The position numbers and the translations under genes were made by a program. Positions 10,260 through 20,989 of a stretch of 64,000 nt of DNA are shown here, piece after piece. Every line of letters starts with the position of its first letter. The first letter of the stretch is position 1. The notes beneath the pieces are model-generated. The model did not search any database. It was not told the DNA's origin and saw only the letters and a program-made list of their open reading frames with translations. This DNA is from Candidatus Latescibacterota bacterium (GTDB lineage: Bacteria; Latescibacterota; UBA2968; GCA-2709665): positions 5,280,001 through 5,344,000 of the forward strand of contig OZ250150.1 of assembly GCA_965237675.1 (NCBI GenBank), in the 5' to 3' direction.

Positions 10260-11561
10260 TTAGACGCGTTTTGAGGTGAACCGTTCCACCAGGCCGATGC
10301 ACACCGCCTCGAGCCGTTCGGCACTCCCCGGCGCAACCCGTGACCAGGGTCCCGCCACGACTTCGTATCCACCCTCTGCGTAGGCTCTGCGGATGGGGAA
10401 ATATCCGAGCCATCCATTCGCATTGCCCGTCACGAACCAGGCGCCCGCCTGTTTGATCGCGAGCCCGGTCTCAACGAATACCTCGCCCGGAAGCGCGACC
10501 CAGCGCAGCCGGCCCAGAGCCATGGCCTGTACCTCGACCTCGAGCGGTCCTTCAGCGAGTTTGCGCGCGAGCCGCAGCGCCAGGCGTTTGTCAGATGAAG
10601 GATTCTGCGCCGCCGATCGCTCCGCCTCGTCCAGCGGCGGACAGGGCCTCCCATCCAGTTCCAGTTGATCCGTAACGTATGCCACGTCGGTCGACCCGAG
10701 TGGAGACCCCTTCTTCATCCGGGCAATCTCATCCAGCGCCGCTCGACCCAACGTTCGCCCGATCCGGGACACGTCCTCGAAATCGGTCGTCACGTGAATC
10801 GAGTTCACATTGCCACACGCGCCGTTGACAAACAGACAGGTCGCGCCATCCAGGCCCTCTTCCACACAGGCCGCCAGCGCACCGGGATAATCCGCCGACA
10901 CCGGCGGCAGGAGCATGGCCACGACCGGATGGGCGGAATAGTTCACCATCACCGCGTGGGGCGCTCCGGTCGCCGCTTCCAGATACAGCACGGACAGCGC
11001 CTCATCCACGGCCCACGGACCGGCGGCCTCCTCCCGTGAAGGCAACGCCCCGCCCCGGTTCAATGAACCGTCTTTCAAGAGAATTCGCCGATGGCGAGCG
11101 ACACCCGGCACCTGCGTTACCCCGGCGTATGCCCGGACAGCCGCCCGTCTTTCCCACGCCTCGGTAACCGTGGCTACCAGTGCCTCCATGTGCGCCTCCA
11201 GCCAATCCTGAATCCCCTCCGTTTCCCGGAACGGTGTCAGCCCGAGCATTTCGGGCGTGGAGTGGGAGTGGGTGGCCGAAAGCATGACACCCTCTTCTGA
11301 TAAACCGGTCCGTTCGGAAATCCGCGAACGCAACTCCACCGTGAAATGACGTTCCGGCCCAAGAATCGCGTTATCGTATCCCACCGAGTCAACGGCCAGC
11401 ACCGCAACCGACTTGCGACCGTCGTCGAGCACCAGGGCCCTGGCGTACAGATCGTCGTGGACACCCTCGAACGGCTCGCAGGTGCCGTTCCCGGAAGATG
11501 TCAGATACGGCACCCACGTGGGCGGGGTCACACACCTTTTTGCCGCGCCGGCCATCAGCAT
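10260..11561 (-). CDS. Neutral/alkaline ceramidase-like hydrolase
   Basis: HDDLYARALVL, SATHSHSTP, NYSAHP, SADYPG, GACGNV, PGEVF, GGYE; GGAGGA RBS before 11561. Confidence 0.75.
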   Translation of the reverse strand: MLMAGAAKRCVTPPTWVPYLTSSGNGTCEPFEGVHDDLYARALVLDDGRKSVAVLAVDSVGYDNAILGPERHFTVELRSRISERTGLSEEGVMLSATHSHSTPEMLGLTPFRETEGIQDWLEAHMEALVATVTEAWERRAAVRAYAGVTQVPGVARHRRILLKDGSLNRGGALPSREEAAGPWAVDEALSVLYLEAATGAPHAVMVNYSAHPVVAMLLPPVSADYPGALAACVEEGLDGATCLFVNGACGNVNSIHVTTDFEDVSRIGRTLGRAALDEIARMKKGSPLGSTDVAYVTDQLELDGRPCPPLDEAERSAAQNPSSDKRLALRLARKLAEGPLEVEVQAMALGRLRWVALPGEVFVETGLAIKQAGAWFVTGNANGWLGYFPIRRAYAEGGYEVVAGPWSRVAPGSAERLEAVCIGLVERFTSKRV

Positions 11562-11735
11562 TTTCAGCGATCCTCCAACTAGCAGCCCGTTGAAAAAGTC
11601 CATCCGGGCTGCGGCCGGCTCTTGTGGCCGAATGACTGCGTTGCGCTCGCTTACGCGTGCACGATCCATTCCCGGGTTGACATGTACAGTCCCAGCGGAT
11701 AAATTACACGCACATCCGTCAGATGAGGGAACCCC

Positions 11736-12560
11736 ATGGAACTTTCGCTTTCCGTACGTGTCGCCGAGAGCTTCAACAACAAACGGGTGGTGGACATACC
11801 GTTGCCCATCCTTGCGGGCATCGCGCGAAGGGCCGGATATGCCGCGCTATGTATGCGCGCCTCGGTTGTGGGTGTCCGGAGCACCCCGGAAGACGTGGAA
11901 TCCGCCCGCGAACTGCTGAGCAGGGAAGGCCTCGCGGTTTCAATGGTCACCGGCGACTTTGCCGTTCCCGAAAACGGCGACAACGGCCCGGGTTGCCTGC
12001 GGGACATCACGCCCTACCTCGACCTGGCGCAAGCTCTGGGAAGCGATCTGATTCGCGTCTGCATCAAGACCGAAGCCGATATCCCATTCGCCCAAAAATC
12101 GGCTGACGAAGCCGCCGAACGAAACGTCCGGCTTGCCCACCAGAGCCATACCCTCAGCCTGTTCGAGACCGTTGACGGCTCCCTGGATGTCCTCAGGAAA
12201 ATCGGCAGACCCAACTTCGGACTGATTTACGAACCCGCCAACCTCGCCCTCTGCGGCGAAGATTACGGCCCGGACGCGTTGCGGAAATTTCAGCCGTACC
12301 TGTTCAACGTCTACCTGCAGAACCACACACCCCACCCCGATGGAGACCGGCCGATGACCACCTGGGCAAAGGGTACCGTGATGTCCATCCTGCATCCCCT
12401 GGATGCGGGCGAAGGTATCGACTTCGGCCGAGTTTTCGAGGGCCTGCGCGCCATTGCCTACAATGGCTACGTCACCGTTCACCAGGCTTTCGGCGGCAGC
12501 CTGAACCCGGACGAAGCTGCCACCCGATCCGCAACCTACCTGAAGTCGTTTATCGGATAG
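11736..12560 (+). CDS. Sugar phosphate isomerase/epimerase (xylose isomerase-like TIM barrel)
   Basis: LAQALGSDLIRV, NFGLIYEPANL, GEGIDF..VFEGL..IAYNGYVTV. Confidence 0.8.
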   Translation: MELSLSVRVAESFNNKRVVDIPLPILAGIARRAGYAALCMRASVVGVRSTPEDVESARELLSREGLAVSMVTGDFAVPENGDNGPGCLRDITPYLDLAQALGSDLIRVCIKTEADIPFAQKSADEAAERNVRLAHQSHTLSLFETVDGSLDVLRKIGRPNFGLIYEPANLALCGEDYGPDALRKFQPYLFNVYLQNHTPHPDGDRPMTTWAKGTVMSILHPLDAGEGIDFGRVFEGLRAIAYNGYVTVHQAFGGSLNPDEAATRSATYLKSFIG

Positions 12561-12600
12561 TCGGCGGGTCCCGCTGTCTTACCCGTCGGACCGTACCGTA

Positions 12601-12981
12601 TCAGGTGTTTTCCGCTTTGCAATAATCCGCAGTGATTTCGTGTTCGATCCCGCCCCTGACGTTGAACCGGCCAACCACCACCATTTCAAGCGGCGCGCAT
12701 ACGAGGACCAGATCGTCCAGTATCCGGTTCGTCACGTCTTCAAAAAAAACGCCCCGTTCGCGAAACGATCTGAAGTAGTGCTTGAGCGACTTGAGCTCCA
12801 CGCACTGCTGGCCCGGTACATAACGGACCACGATCGTGGCAAAGTCAGGCTGCCCCGTAAGGGGACACAGCGACGTGAACTCCCGGCACGTGAACTCGAT
12901 CGTGTACCGCCGATGTGGACGCGGGTTCTCGAAGACCTCCAGAATTTCGCTCGCCTGTCCCTGCAATCGGGCGCCCCTCAT
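12601..12981 (-). CDS. queF: NADPH-dependent 7-cyano-7-deazaguanine reductase (type I QueF)
   Basis: EFTSLCPLTGQPDF (catalytic Cys and Asp), VELKSLKHY QueF motif, FNVRGGI. Confidence 0.9.
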   Translation of the reverse strand: MRGARLQGQASEILEVFENPRPHRRYTIEFTCREFTSLCPLTGQPDFATIVVRYVPGQQCVELKSLKHYFRSFRERGVFFEDVTNRILDDLVLVCAPLEMVVVGRFNVRGGIEHEITADYCKAENT

Positions 12982-13002
12982 CAGAAAAGGCAGAACCCGG
13001 TT

Positions 13003-13347
13003 CTAGTCTCCGGCCCCTGCCGTGTCCACGGTTACCGTCGTCGCGATTCCTCCACGTACCGTGAACTCGCCAACCACCACCATGTTCACGGGGTGACACG
13101 CCCCGACCAGATCGTCCAGAATCCGGTTGACGGCCGCCTCGTAAGGCAGCGCTTCATTCCGGTACGAGCCCAGATACCGCTTTAGCGATACGGTTTCAAT
13201 ACACTTGGCGCCCGGCGCGTACCGAATCGTGATCGTCGCGAAAACCGGTTCCTTCGTCACGGGATAGACAGCCGTGAATTCCGGGAAGACAAACTCGATT
13301 GTATACGGCCGGCCCTGTTGAGGGTTTTCCACCGTCTCCAGATCCAC
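13003..13347 (-). CDS. QueF paralogue lacking the catalytic Cys and Asp
   Basis: EFTAVYPVTKEPVF aligns to EFTSLCPLTGQPDF; IETVSLKRY, NRILDDL, FTVRGGI retained. Confidence 0.85.
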   Translation of the reverse strand: MDLETVENPQQGRPYTIEFVFPEFTAVYPVTKEPVFATITIRYAPGAKCIETVSLKRYLGSYRNEALPYEAAVNRILDDLVGACHPVNMVVVGEFTVRGGIATTVTVDTAGAGD

Positions 13348-13420
13348 CTCGCCACTCCGTGATCGTGTTCTATCCGACCGGGCCGCGCGCAGGTGTAAAG
13401 GTTCGGCACCTCCGGCGGCC

Positions 13421-14422
13421 TCAAAATCCGGGCACCGTCACGGGCTTACCCGAGCGGACGGATTCAAAAAGCGCCACGCAGATTCCCGCTGTACGGACGG
13501 ATTGCTCGAGATTCACCTGCGGTTCCGTGTCGTTTTCTATAGCCTGAAGCAGGTCCTCTATCAGCTTCTGCCGGCTGTCGCGGGCATCGCCCGCCGCCGC
13601 CATGGGCGCCCATTTTCGGGTCTGCAGATCCGAAACCAGGTGGGCGGGAGGCGCCTGCGCGGTCAGAAACGTCTTCCGCGTGCCGTATATCTGCACGTTG
13701 CGGAAACCGGGCCGGGCCGAACCCATTGTTGTCAATGTCTTGGCCACGCATCCGTTTTCAAAGCGGATGATACCCACCACGCAATCCGTTACATCCAAGC
13801 CGTGCGATCCGGCGGATATTCCGTTTCCGTAAGCCGCTACCTCCGACGCGGGCGAGTCCACAATCCACTGGATCACGTCTACGGGATGAACGCTGCCGCC
13901 GGCCGCCGCGTTATAATTGGGACCAAGCCCGCCGCGCCATCCCTCCTGGAACAGATTCAAGTGGTTTGAAATATAGTCTGCCTCGGCGTAAAACAGCCGG
14001 CCGAACGCCAGCGCCTCGACCTGGCGTTTCAACTCCTGGAATGTCTCGTCGAACCGGATCTGACATCCGTGCGACACCTTCCGTCCCGTCCGACGGGATG
14101 TCTGCACAATTCTTTCGATATCCTCGAAGGACGTGGCCAGCGGCTTCTCCACGAGCACGTGCTTCCCGGCGGCCATCATCTCAACGGCCGGGTCCGCGTG
14201 CAGATGGTCGGGCGTGCAGATCGACACGACATCGATGTCGTCCCGCTCGGCCATTTCGCGGTAATCCGTATGACGGCGCCGAACCCCATGCGCCTCCCCT
14301 ACCTTTGCCAGTAGCTCCTCGTTCACATCGCAGATTGCCGTAACCACTGCACCGGCTTCCCGGTAGGCAGCGATATGCCCGGTGCCCACACCCAGTCCGA
14401 TCACCGCCGCATTTAATGCCAC
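13421..14422 (-). CDS. Gfo/Idh/MocA oxidoreductase
   Basis: IGLGVG, ICTPDHLH, GKHVLVEKP, HPVD. Confidence 0.9.
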   Translation of the reverse strand: MALNAAVIGLGVGTGHIAAYREAGAVVTAICDVNEELLAKVGEAHGVRRRHTDYREMAERDDIDVVSICTPDHLHADPAVEMMAAGKHVLVEKPLATSFEDIERIVQTSRRTGRKVSHGCQIRFDETFQELKRQVEALAFGRLFYAEADYISNHLNLFQEGWRGGLGPNYNAAAGGSVHPVDVIQWIVDSPASEVAAYGNGISAGSHGLDVTDCVVGIIRFENGCVAKTLTTMGSARPGFRNVQIYGTRKTFLTAQAPPAHLVSDLQTRKWAPMAAAGDARDSRQKLIEDLLQAIENDTEPQVNLEQSVRTAGICVALFESVRSGKPVTVPGF

Positions 14423-14522
14423 TCGTCAGACCTCCACTGAATCGATCGCGCACGTCTCCCGTCCGGTGCCGCGTCTATGGCCACGCAACGCACCTTTCCG
14501 GCCCATATTGAGCCGGCGCCCC

Positions 14523-15707
14523 TCAGCTTCGCTCCGGAACAATCGGAACCAGGCTCGCACCCGTCGGCCTGGGCGCACGGGGTCGGATCGGCGGGCGTTC
14601 GTACGACCGGTACCTGACATCAAGATGGGGCGTCTCCACCCTTGCATGTTCACGGTAACGCGAATCCATCAGCGCATCCAGCGCCCCGCTTACCAGAAGC
14701 GTACGCTCCACGGGGTACGGCGGTTTACCGGTAAGAAAGAGTTCATGGATATTCCGGCTGAGATAGCTGAAATGGGCATGGGGATCGTCAGGCAGGAACA
14801 CCTCCATCCCCCGGACAAGGCCAGATACGCGGCCGGCGTATCCGAACCCTTCCGTGTACCCGTTCAACATCAGGGTCGCCGCCCTCAGCCCATCGGCGTA
14901 TTCCAGCAGAAAGACCGCCGGGCTGGGGCAGTGGGCTTCCATTTCCCCCGCGGCTTTCGCCTCGATATGTTCACGGGCAGCGTCGGCGAGCGCGCGGGAC
15001 CACCGCCCCTCGTCCCCCGCCCGCCACACGGCATCTCCTTCGAGGCATTGCACCGCCACGATTCCCGTCTCGCCGCCACGCCTGCGTTCCACCATACACT
15101 GCAGCAGTTCAAGCGCGTGGAACCCATAGGAGTCCAGGCCCGAATACCCGATCGACAACGCTTCCTCCAGCGGCGTATCCAACCCGTATTCGAGATACGG
15201 GTTTCGCCAGGCCAGCGGCACCGAGGAACCGGCCAAAAAAGGTACCGTCAGCATCTGCGCCCGGTCGTACATCCACTTTGAATTCACCCAGTCATATGCC
15301 AGGTGCTTGTCGTTGAACACGGGCACGGACCGGCCGGACGTGGCAAACACCCCGCACACCTGCTCGAAGAAGAACCGGCGCGGATACATATGCTGCTGCT
15401 TTTCGTTCCAGGCGTAGTCGCCATGCTCTCCGATGATCAACACGCCGTCGACCGCCAGTTTCCCTCCGCCGAGCGTCAATGCCTTCGGAATACTGTTGTA
15501 GACGGGCACACCGTGTTCCTTTGCCAGTTCGACGCCCACGTCATTCTCGTGAACCTGGTCCATGTACATGGAAGCGATTTCCACCTGCGGCGGTATCAAC
15601 CCGTCATCCGACGGGAATCCCTTCAAGAATTTCGTCATAATGACGTCGGCGTGGGAACGCGCATAGTAGGTTGTCACGATCGCCGCGATCTTCCTGATTT
15701 CGGACAC
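14523..15707 (-). CDS. Conserved hypothetical protein (Gfo/Idh/MocA-like Rossmann fold)
   Basis: SHADVI, VDGVLIIGEHGDY, PVFNDKHL, AGSSVP, YGFHALE, PYPVERTLL; GTG start with RBS. Confidence 0.75.
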   Translation of the reverse strand: MSEIRKIAAIVTTYYARSHADVIMTKFLKGFPSDDGLIPPQVEIASMYMDQVHENDVGVELAKEHGVPVYNSIPKALTLGGGKLAVDGVLIIGEHGDYAWNEKQQHMYPRRFFFEQVCGVFATSGRSVPVFNDKHLAYDWVNSKWMYDRAQMLTVPFLAGSSVPLAWRNPYLEYGLDTPLEEALSIGYSGLDSYGFHALELLQCMVERRRGGETGIVAVQCLEGDAVWRAGDEGRWSRALADAAREHIEAKAAGEMEAHCPSPAVFLLEYADGLRAATLMLNGYTEGFGYAGRVSGLVRGMEVFLPDDPHAHFSYLSRNIHELFLTGKPPYPVERTLLVSGALDALMDSRYREHARVETPHLDVRYRSYERPPIRPRAPRPTGASLVPIVPERS

Positions 15708-15998
15708 TGGAAACCACCTTTCGACATAACAGGGGAACACGAGGTTCGCCTTTACAGGGGCAACACATGAAAGGGCGCGTCGCGCCGCCCTGGGAATATA
15801 CAGCGGGCCGAAAAACCGCGGGGCCGGCGCCCAATCCGCGAGGCAAATATGGTTATCGCCCGAATCGATGTCAAGTTGAAATCAACTTCTCAGACATGCG
15901 ACAGTACCCGGTACATCCGGCTTGATTTTCGAAGATGGATCTTCTATTTTGGTGTCGGGAGACAGGAACCCACGTACCGATCCGAAAAGGCGCCCAAT

Positions 15999-17186
15999 AT
16001 GGCCTATACTCGCATGAAATCCTGGTTGCAGGAGGAACTGAAATCCATCCGGGAAAACGGCTTCTACAAAACAGAGAGGCCAATTGCCACACCCCAGCAT
16101 ACCCGGATCAGAACCTCGGAAGGAGAAGCGATCAACTTCTGCGCCAACAACTATCTGGGGCTGGCCAACCATCCGGAGATCGTGGACGCGGCCGCCGCAG
16201 GGTTGAACGCATACGGATACGGCCTGGCTTCGGTGCGCTTCATCTGCGGCACCCAGACCCTGCACAAGACCCTGGAAGGCCGTATCTCCCGGTTTCTGAA
16301 TACAGACGAAACCATACTCTACACGTCCTGCTTCGACGCCAACGCCGGGCTGTTCGAGACCCTCTTCGGCCCCGAAGACGCCGTGATCAGCGACGCTCTT
16401 AATCACGCCAGCATCATCGACGGCGTCAGACTTTGTAAAGCACGGCGCAACATCTATCGTCATGCCGACATGCCGCACCTCGAAACCCGGCTTAAGGATA
16501 CGGCGGACGCCCGCTTCCGAGTGATCGCCACGGACGGCGTGTTCTCCATGTACGGCGACGTGGCGCCCCTTAAAGAGATCTGCCGCCTCGCGGACGCCCA
16601 CGACGCGCTTGTGATGGTGGACGATTCCCACGCGACCGGTTTTCTGGGCGCGAACGGCCGCGGCACCCCCGAATTGTGCGGCGTTGAAGATCGAATCGAT
16701 ATCCTCACCAGCACGCTCGGAAAGGCCCTGGGGGGCGCATCGGGCGGATTTACAACGGGCCGGGGGGAAATCATCGAGTACCTGCGGCAGCGCTCCCGAC
16801 CCTACCTTTTCTCCAACACGCTGGCGCCGCCCATCGCGGCGGGTGGATTGAAAGCGCTGGATCTGGTAGAGACGCGGCCGGAATATCGACGAGCCCTGAT
16901 GCAAAACACAAGGTACTTCAGGAGTAAAATGAACGAACGCGGCTTCCTCATCCCCGCTGGCATCCACCCCATCGTCCCGATTATGCTCGGCGACGAACGG
17001 CAAACCGTGCGTATGGCCCACGCCATGAACGAGCGCGGCATATTCGTTGTCGGCTTCAGCTATCCGGTGGTCCCTAGGGGCGAGGCCCGCATCCGCGTCC
17101 AGATTTCCGCGGCCCACACCCGAAACCAACTGGACCGTGCCATCGATACCTTTGTGGAAGTCGGGAAAGCCCTCAGCGTCCTTTAG
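15999..17186 (+). CDS. kbl: Glycine C-acetyltransferase (2-amino-3-ketobutyrate CoA ligase)
   Basis: [64 protein letters not shown]. Confidence 0.95.
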   Translation: MAYTRMKSWLQEELKSIRENGFYKTERPIATPQHTRIRTSEGEAINFCANNYLGLANHPEIVDAAAAGLNAYGYGLASVRFICGTQTLHKTLEGRISRFLNTDETILYTSCFDANAGLFETLFGPEDAVISDALNHASIIDGVRLCKARRNIYRHADMPHLETRLKDTADARFRVIATDGVFSMYGDVAPLKEICRLADAHDALVMVDDSHATGFLGANGRGTPELCGVEDRIDILTSTLGKALGGASGGFTTGRGEIIEYLRQRSRPYLFSNTLAPPIAAGGLKALDLVETRPEYRRALMQNTRYFRSKMNERGFLIPAGIHPIVPIMLGDERQTVRMAHAMNERGIFVVGFSYPVVPRGEARIRVQISAAHTRNQLDRAIDTFVEVGKALSVL

Positions 17187-17277
17187 CCCTTATCTGGTGA
17201 CCTTCTCTCTCGATTCCGACAACGGAAGCGGGTGCGGCCGTCGGAACGGCCGACCGCAATTATAAGAGGACACGCAA

Positions 17278-18045
17278 ATGGACATGGCCCAGCAGCAACC
17301 CCTCCGGGACCGCATCGCCATCGTGACCGGGGCGGGGCAGGGTATCGGCCGGGCGGTCGCCCGGACCCTGGCGGGACACGGCGCCCACCTCGTCGTCAAC
17401 GACCTCGACGAGTCCAACGCCGAACGCACAGCTGAAGAACTGAGTTCCTCGTTCACCAGGGCCTTCCACTTTCAGGCCGATGTGACCGATGGCCCAGGGG
17501 TTCAGGCTATGGTCGACTGGACGGCCGATACCTTTGGCGGCGTCCACATCCTGGTCAACAACGCCGGCATCCTCTTACCCACCAGCGTCATCGACATCGA
17601 CGAAGACGAATGGGATCGAGTGATCGACGTCAATCTCAAAGGCGCCTTTCTCTGCTCGAAGGCTGTCCTCCCTCATATGCGGGAAGCGGGTTGGGGGCGC
17701 ATCGTCAATTTCTCATCCACCGCCGGCAAGAACATCAGTACCGTGGGCGGCGCACATTACACCGCCGCCAAGGCCGGGGTGCTGGGATTCACCCGCCACC
17801 TGGCCAGGGAGGTCGCGCCCTACAACATTACGGTAAATGCCGTTTGCCCCGGCCTGATCGATACGGAAATGGTCCGCGGTACCATCGACGAAGATCGTAC
17901 ACGCGCCTACGCGCGGAGTTTTCCCATCCCCCGCCTGGGCAGACCGGAGGAAGTGGCCGACCTGGTGGCCTTCCTCGCCTCCGACCAGGCCGCCTACATC
18001 ACGGGAGCGTCGCTGGACATCAACGGCGGAGATTTGATGATTTAG
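17278..18045 (+). CDS. Short-chain dehydrogenase/reductase (FabG-like)
   Basis: TGAGQGIG, VNNAG, YTAAK, VNAVCPG, DINGG. Confidence 0.92.
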   Translation: MDMAQQQPLRDRIAIVTGAGQGIGRAVARTLAGHGAHLVVNDLDESNAERTAEELSSSFTRAFHFQADVTDGPGVQAMVDWTADTFGGVHILVNNAGILLPTSVIDIDEDEWDRVIDVNLKGAFLCSKAVLPHMREAGWGRIVNFSSTAGKNISTVGGAHYTAAKAGVLGFTRHLAREVAPYNITVNAVCPGLIDTEMVRGTIDEDRTRAYARSFPIPRLGRPEEVADLVAFLASDQAAYITGASLDINGGDLMI

Positions 18046-18094
18046 GCCCCTATTTCCACCGAATGTCTCGTACGGCGTCAGGAGAATTCACCGA

Positions 18095-19255
18095 ATGCGG
18101 ATTGCAGGCGTTAAAACCTATCTCGTCCACCCGGGCAGCGCGAAGAACTGGCTTTTTGTCAAACTGGAAACCGACACGGGCATTCACGGATGGGGCGAGG
18201 CCTACACCCAGCACGATCGGGACCGGAGCATTCAGATTCACGTACACGAACTGGAACGATATCTGATCGGACGGTCTCCGTTCGATATCAAGCACTTCAC
18301 GTACGTGGCGTATACGGACTTCGCGAGCAAGAGAGGCGCGATGGATCTCTACGCCGCCATCAGCGCAATCGAACAGGCCATGTGGGATATTGTGGGCAAA
18401 TCTCTGAACCAACCCGTCTACAACCTGCTCGGCGGCGCCTGCAGGACCAGGATCAAGGTCTACGCCAATGGCTGGGGAAGCTGGTACGATCCCGGAAAGG
18501 GTCCTGAGCAACTTGCCGAGCGGGCCGCCTCGGTGGTTGCGCGCGGGTTCACGGCGCTCAAGTTCGACCCTTTTCCGGGTCCCTGGCGCAGCATCATCGA
18601 CAAAAAGGACGAGCAAACCGCCGTGGATCGGGTCAGCGCCGTAAGGGAAGCCGTCGGCCCTGATGTGGATATCCTGGTCGAAGTGCACCGCAGGCTTTCC
18701 CCGACGCATGCCATCCGCGTTGCCCGTCGCATGGAGCCTTTCAATCCCTATTGGTACGAGGAACCCGTTTCCTCCCGTGACCTCGACGGCCTGGCAGAGG
18801 CCAAACGAAACATCCACATCCCGGTTGTCACCGGCGAAGAACTCTACACCAGAACCGAATTCCGCGATGTCTTCGAGAAACGCGCCGCCGACATCATCAA
18901 CCCGGACGTCTGTAACTGCGGCGGCATTCTGGAACTTCGCGAAATCGCGGCCATGGCCGAACCCTGCCACATCGCGGTCTCGCCCCACAACTACAACAGC
19001 ACCACAGTGGGGCTGGGCGCCACAATGCAGGCCGCAGCCGGCATGCCCAACTTTCTGATTACCGAATACTTCGTGAATTTCGAACCTGCGGGAAATGAAA
19101 TCGCGGTCGATCCCTTCAAAGTCGAAAACGGGTACATCACGCTGCCCACAGCGCCCGGACTGGGCATCGACTTGAACGAAGACGCGCTCGCCGAACATCC
19201 TTTCCGGCGGTTCCCCAGCCGCAACCTCCGGCATCCGCGTGACGAAGGGCCGTAG
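18095..19255 (+). CDS. Mandelate racemase family acid-sugar dehydratase (DgoD-like)
   Basis: NWLFVKLETD, EQAMWD, YANGW, KFDPF, EVH, EEP, TGE, NPD, PHN. Confidence 0.88.
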   Translation: MRIAGVKTYLVHPGSAKNWLFVKLETDTGIHGWGEAYTQHDRDRSIQIHVHELERYLIGRSPFDIKHFTYVAYTDFASKRGAMDLYAAISAIEQAMWDIVGKSLNQPVYNLLGGACRTRIKVYANGWGSWYDPGKGPEQLAERAASVVARGFTALKFDPFPGPWRSIIDKKDEQTAVDRVSAVREAVGPDVDILVEVHRRLSPTHAIRVARRMEPFNPYWYEEPVSSRDLDGLAEAKRNIHIPVVTGEELYTRTEFRDVFEKRAADIINPDVCNCGGILELREIAAMAEPCHIAVSPHNYNSTTVGLGATMQAAAGMPNFLITEYFVNFEPAGNEIAVDPFKVENGYITLPTAPGLGIDLNEDALAEHPFRRFPSRNLRHPRDEGP

Positions 19256-19708
19256 TCTCCAGAGCGCAAGAAGCGAGACGTTAGACGGAAGTGGGAAAAA
19301 GGGAGCCCGCTTGCGTCGGGACTTGTGTGCGAATTCGACTTTGGAATCAGGTCACGGGCAGGTTTTCTTGCTTTTCGATTCACCCCGACACAGTTCACGC
19401 CTTAGCAGGCGGGTATCCCTTCCACGTCACCTTTTTTGATTCAGAAACCGGAATTTACATGGATGGACAGGATCGACAGGATAAGCACCCAAAGAGCCGG
19501 AAGAATGCTCTCTATTTCGGGTTATAGCAATGAATCCGTCCACCTTAGACCGCGCATCATCACTCTGACCAACCCAGTTCCACATTTTGAGAGTTGTCGA
19601 TATATTCTGCGCTAACATTATTGAAAAACAACCGATTATTCAACAAAACCACCGGTTTTCGTGAATAATTCAACATCAAAGATTCATTCACATAGTAGGA
19701 GGTAATAT

Positions 19709-20883
19709 ATGGATCGCGACGATGTTCGACAAAGACTGGAGGCGCTGGAAGATAAGTTACGCTGGCAGAAGCGGGCGATTGCAGGGTTGCTCGTTGTATT
19801 TCTTTTCAGCGCATCGCCGGCTTTGACCCAGGCAACAAGGTGGTTTGACCGGATGCTTCCGTCAAAGCTGGCCTCGATCACCCTTCGACACGGCACGACT
19901 CCGGGCGACGTGCGGTTCGGCGATCTTTCGCCAGACCGGGCCGACCTCCCGTTACCAGAGACCGGGTTCGGTGGACTGAGCAAGATAGTTCCAGCGCAGA
20001 TCATCGATGCAGGTGACACGTTGCGGGTCGGCGCACTTCACATTGTAAATGCAAGCGGGGCCGTCGTCGCAGCCATCGGGTCGGACGAGTCGGGAGACGG
20101 TTCGCTGGTGATAAGGAACGGAAACGGCGCCGTGGTTTCCGTTGTGGGCGTTGACGGAAACGGACATGGGACCCTGGGGGTCCTCAATGCGGCCGGTCGG
20201 GTCGCGGCCGCCATGGGCGCCGATCCGTCAGAACAGGCCAATGGATGGGTCGACGCGAGGAGCGCAACGGGTTCGGCGGCTGCACTCGCCTTTGATGATG
20301 CCGGAGACGCTGCGATTGCGGTGTTCAACACGGATGACAAGCTGGTTTCCGGATTCGGTATTGACAACAACGGTAACGGCGCCCTTCGTATCGCGAATGC
20401 GGCCGGCGGCATCGTTGCCGCGATAGGCGCGGATGAGTCGGACAATGCCAATGGATGGATGTCAGGAATAAATCAGGACCGGCGGCGGGCTTCTCCGTCG
20501 ACCGGGACGGAGACGGCCTGACAATTGTGGGCAACCGGAACGGCGATGCGGTTGGGGTGCTGGGCGCGAATGAGAATGGACACGGTCTCATCGGGTTCTT
20601 CAACGCGTCCCGGCGGGTTGTGGTCGGCATGGGGGCCGATTCGACGGGCGTTGGGGTGCTGAGTATTGAAGGGGGCAGGTTCAGGGCCTTTGTCGATGCG
20701 AACGGCAGCGGAGTGGCGGAGACTCGGGGGCAGGATGGGAATCTACGCTGGACCTCCGACGCGGCACCCGTTGGGGACACTGGCACGTCAACCGGGCTGA
20801 TCGGGGATTTCGACGGGGACGGCGACGTGGATTTGAACGACTTCGTCACATTCGCCAGGAATTTTGGCAAAACGAGCGGGTAG
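19709..20883 (+). pseudogene. Membrane-anchored beta-repeat protein with C-terminal EF-hand/dockerin-like tag, frameshifted at about 20455
   Basis: N-terminal coiled coil plus hydrophobic segment, approx. 23-aa G-x-G repeats, C-terminal GDFDGDGDVDLNDFVTFARNFG; ORFs 19709..20521 and 20455..20883 join if one ATGG unit is added; GGAGG RBS. Confidence 0.8.
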
Positions 20884-20989
20884 GGAAACCTTGTATGAAT
20901 AGACTATATCTCAATAATCCGAAGTCCTCACTGCCGCAAGTACTCGTTGCCTGCCGGGTTTTGCGGCCTATTAATTTGGGAGAGAGGCG

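Noticed and set aside
19455-19483. ACAGGAT-type short repeat
   Set aside because: Isolated half element with no partner or associated gene.
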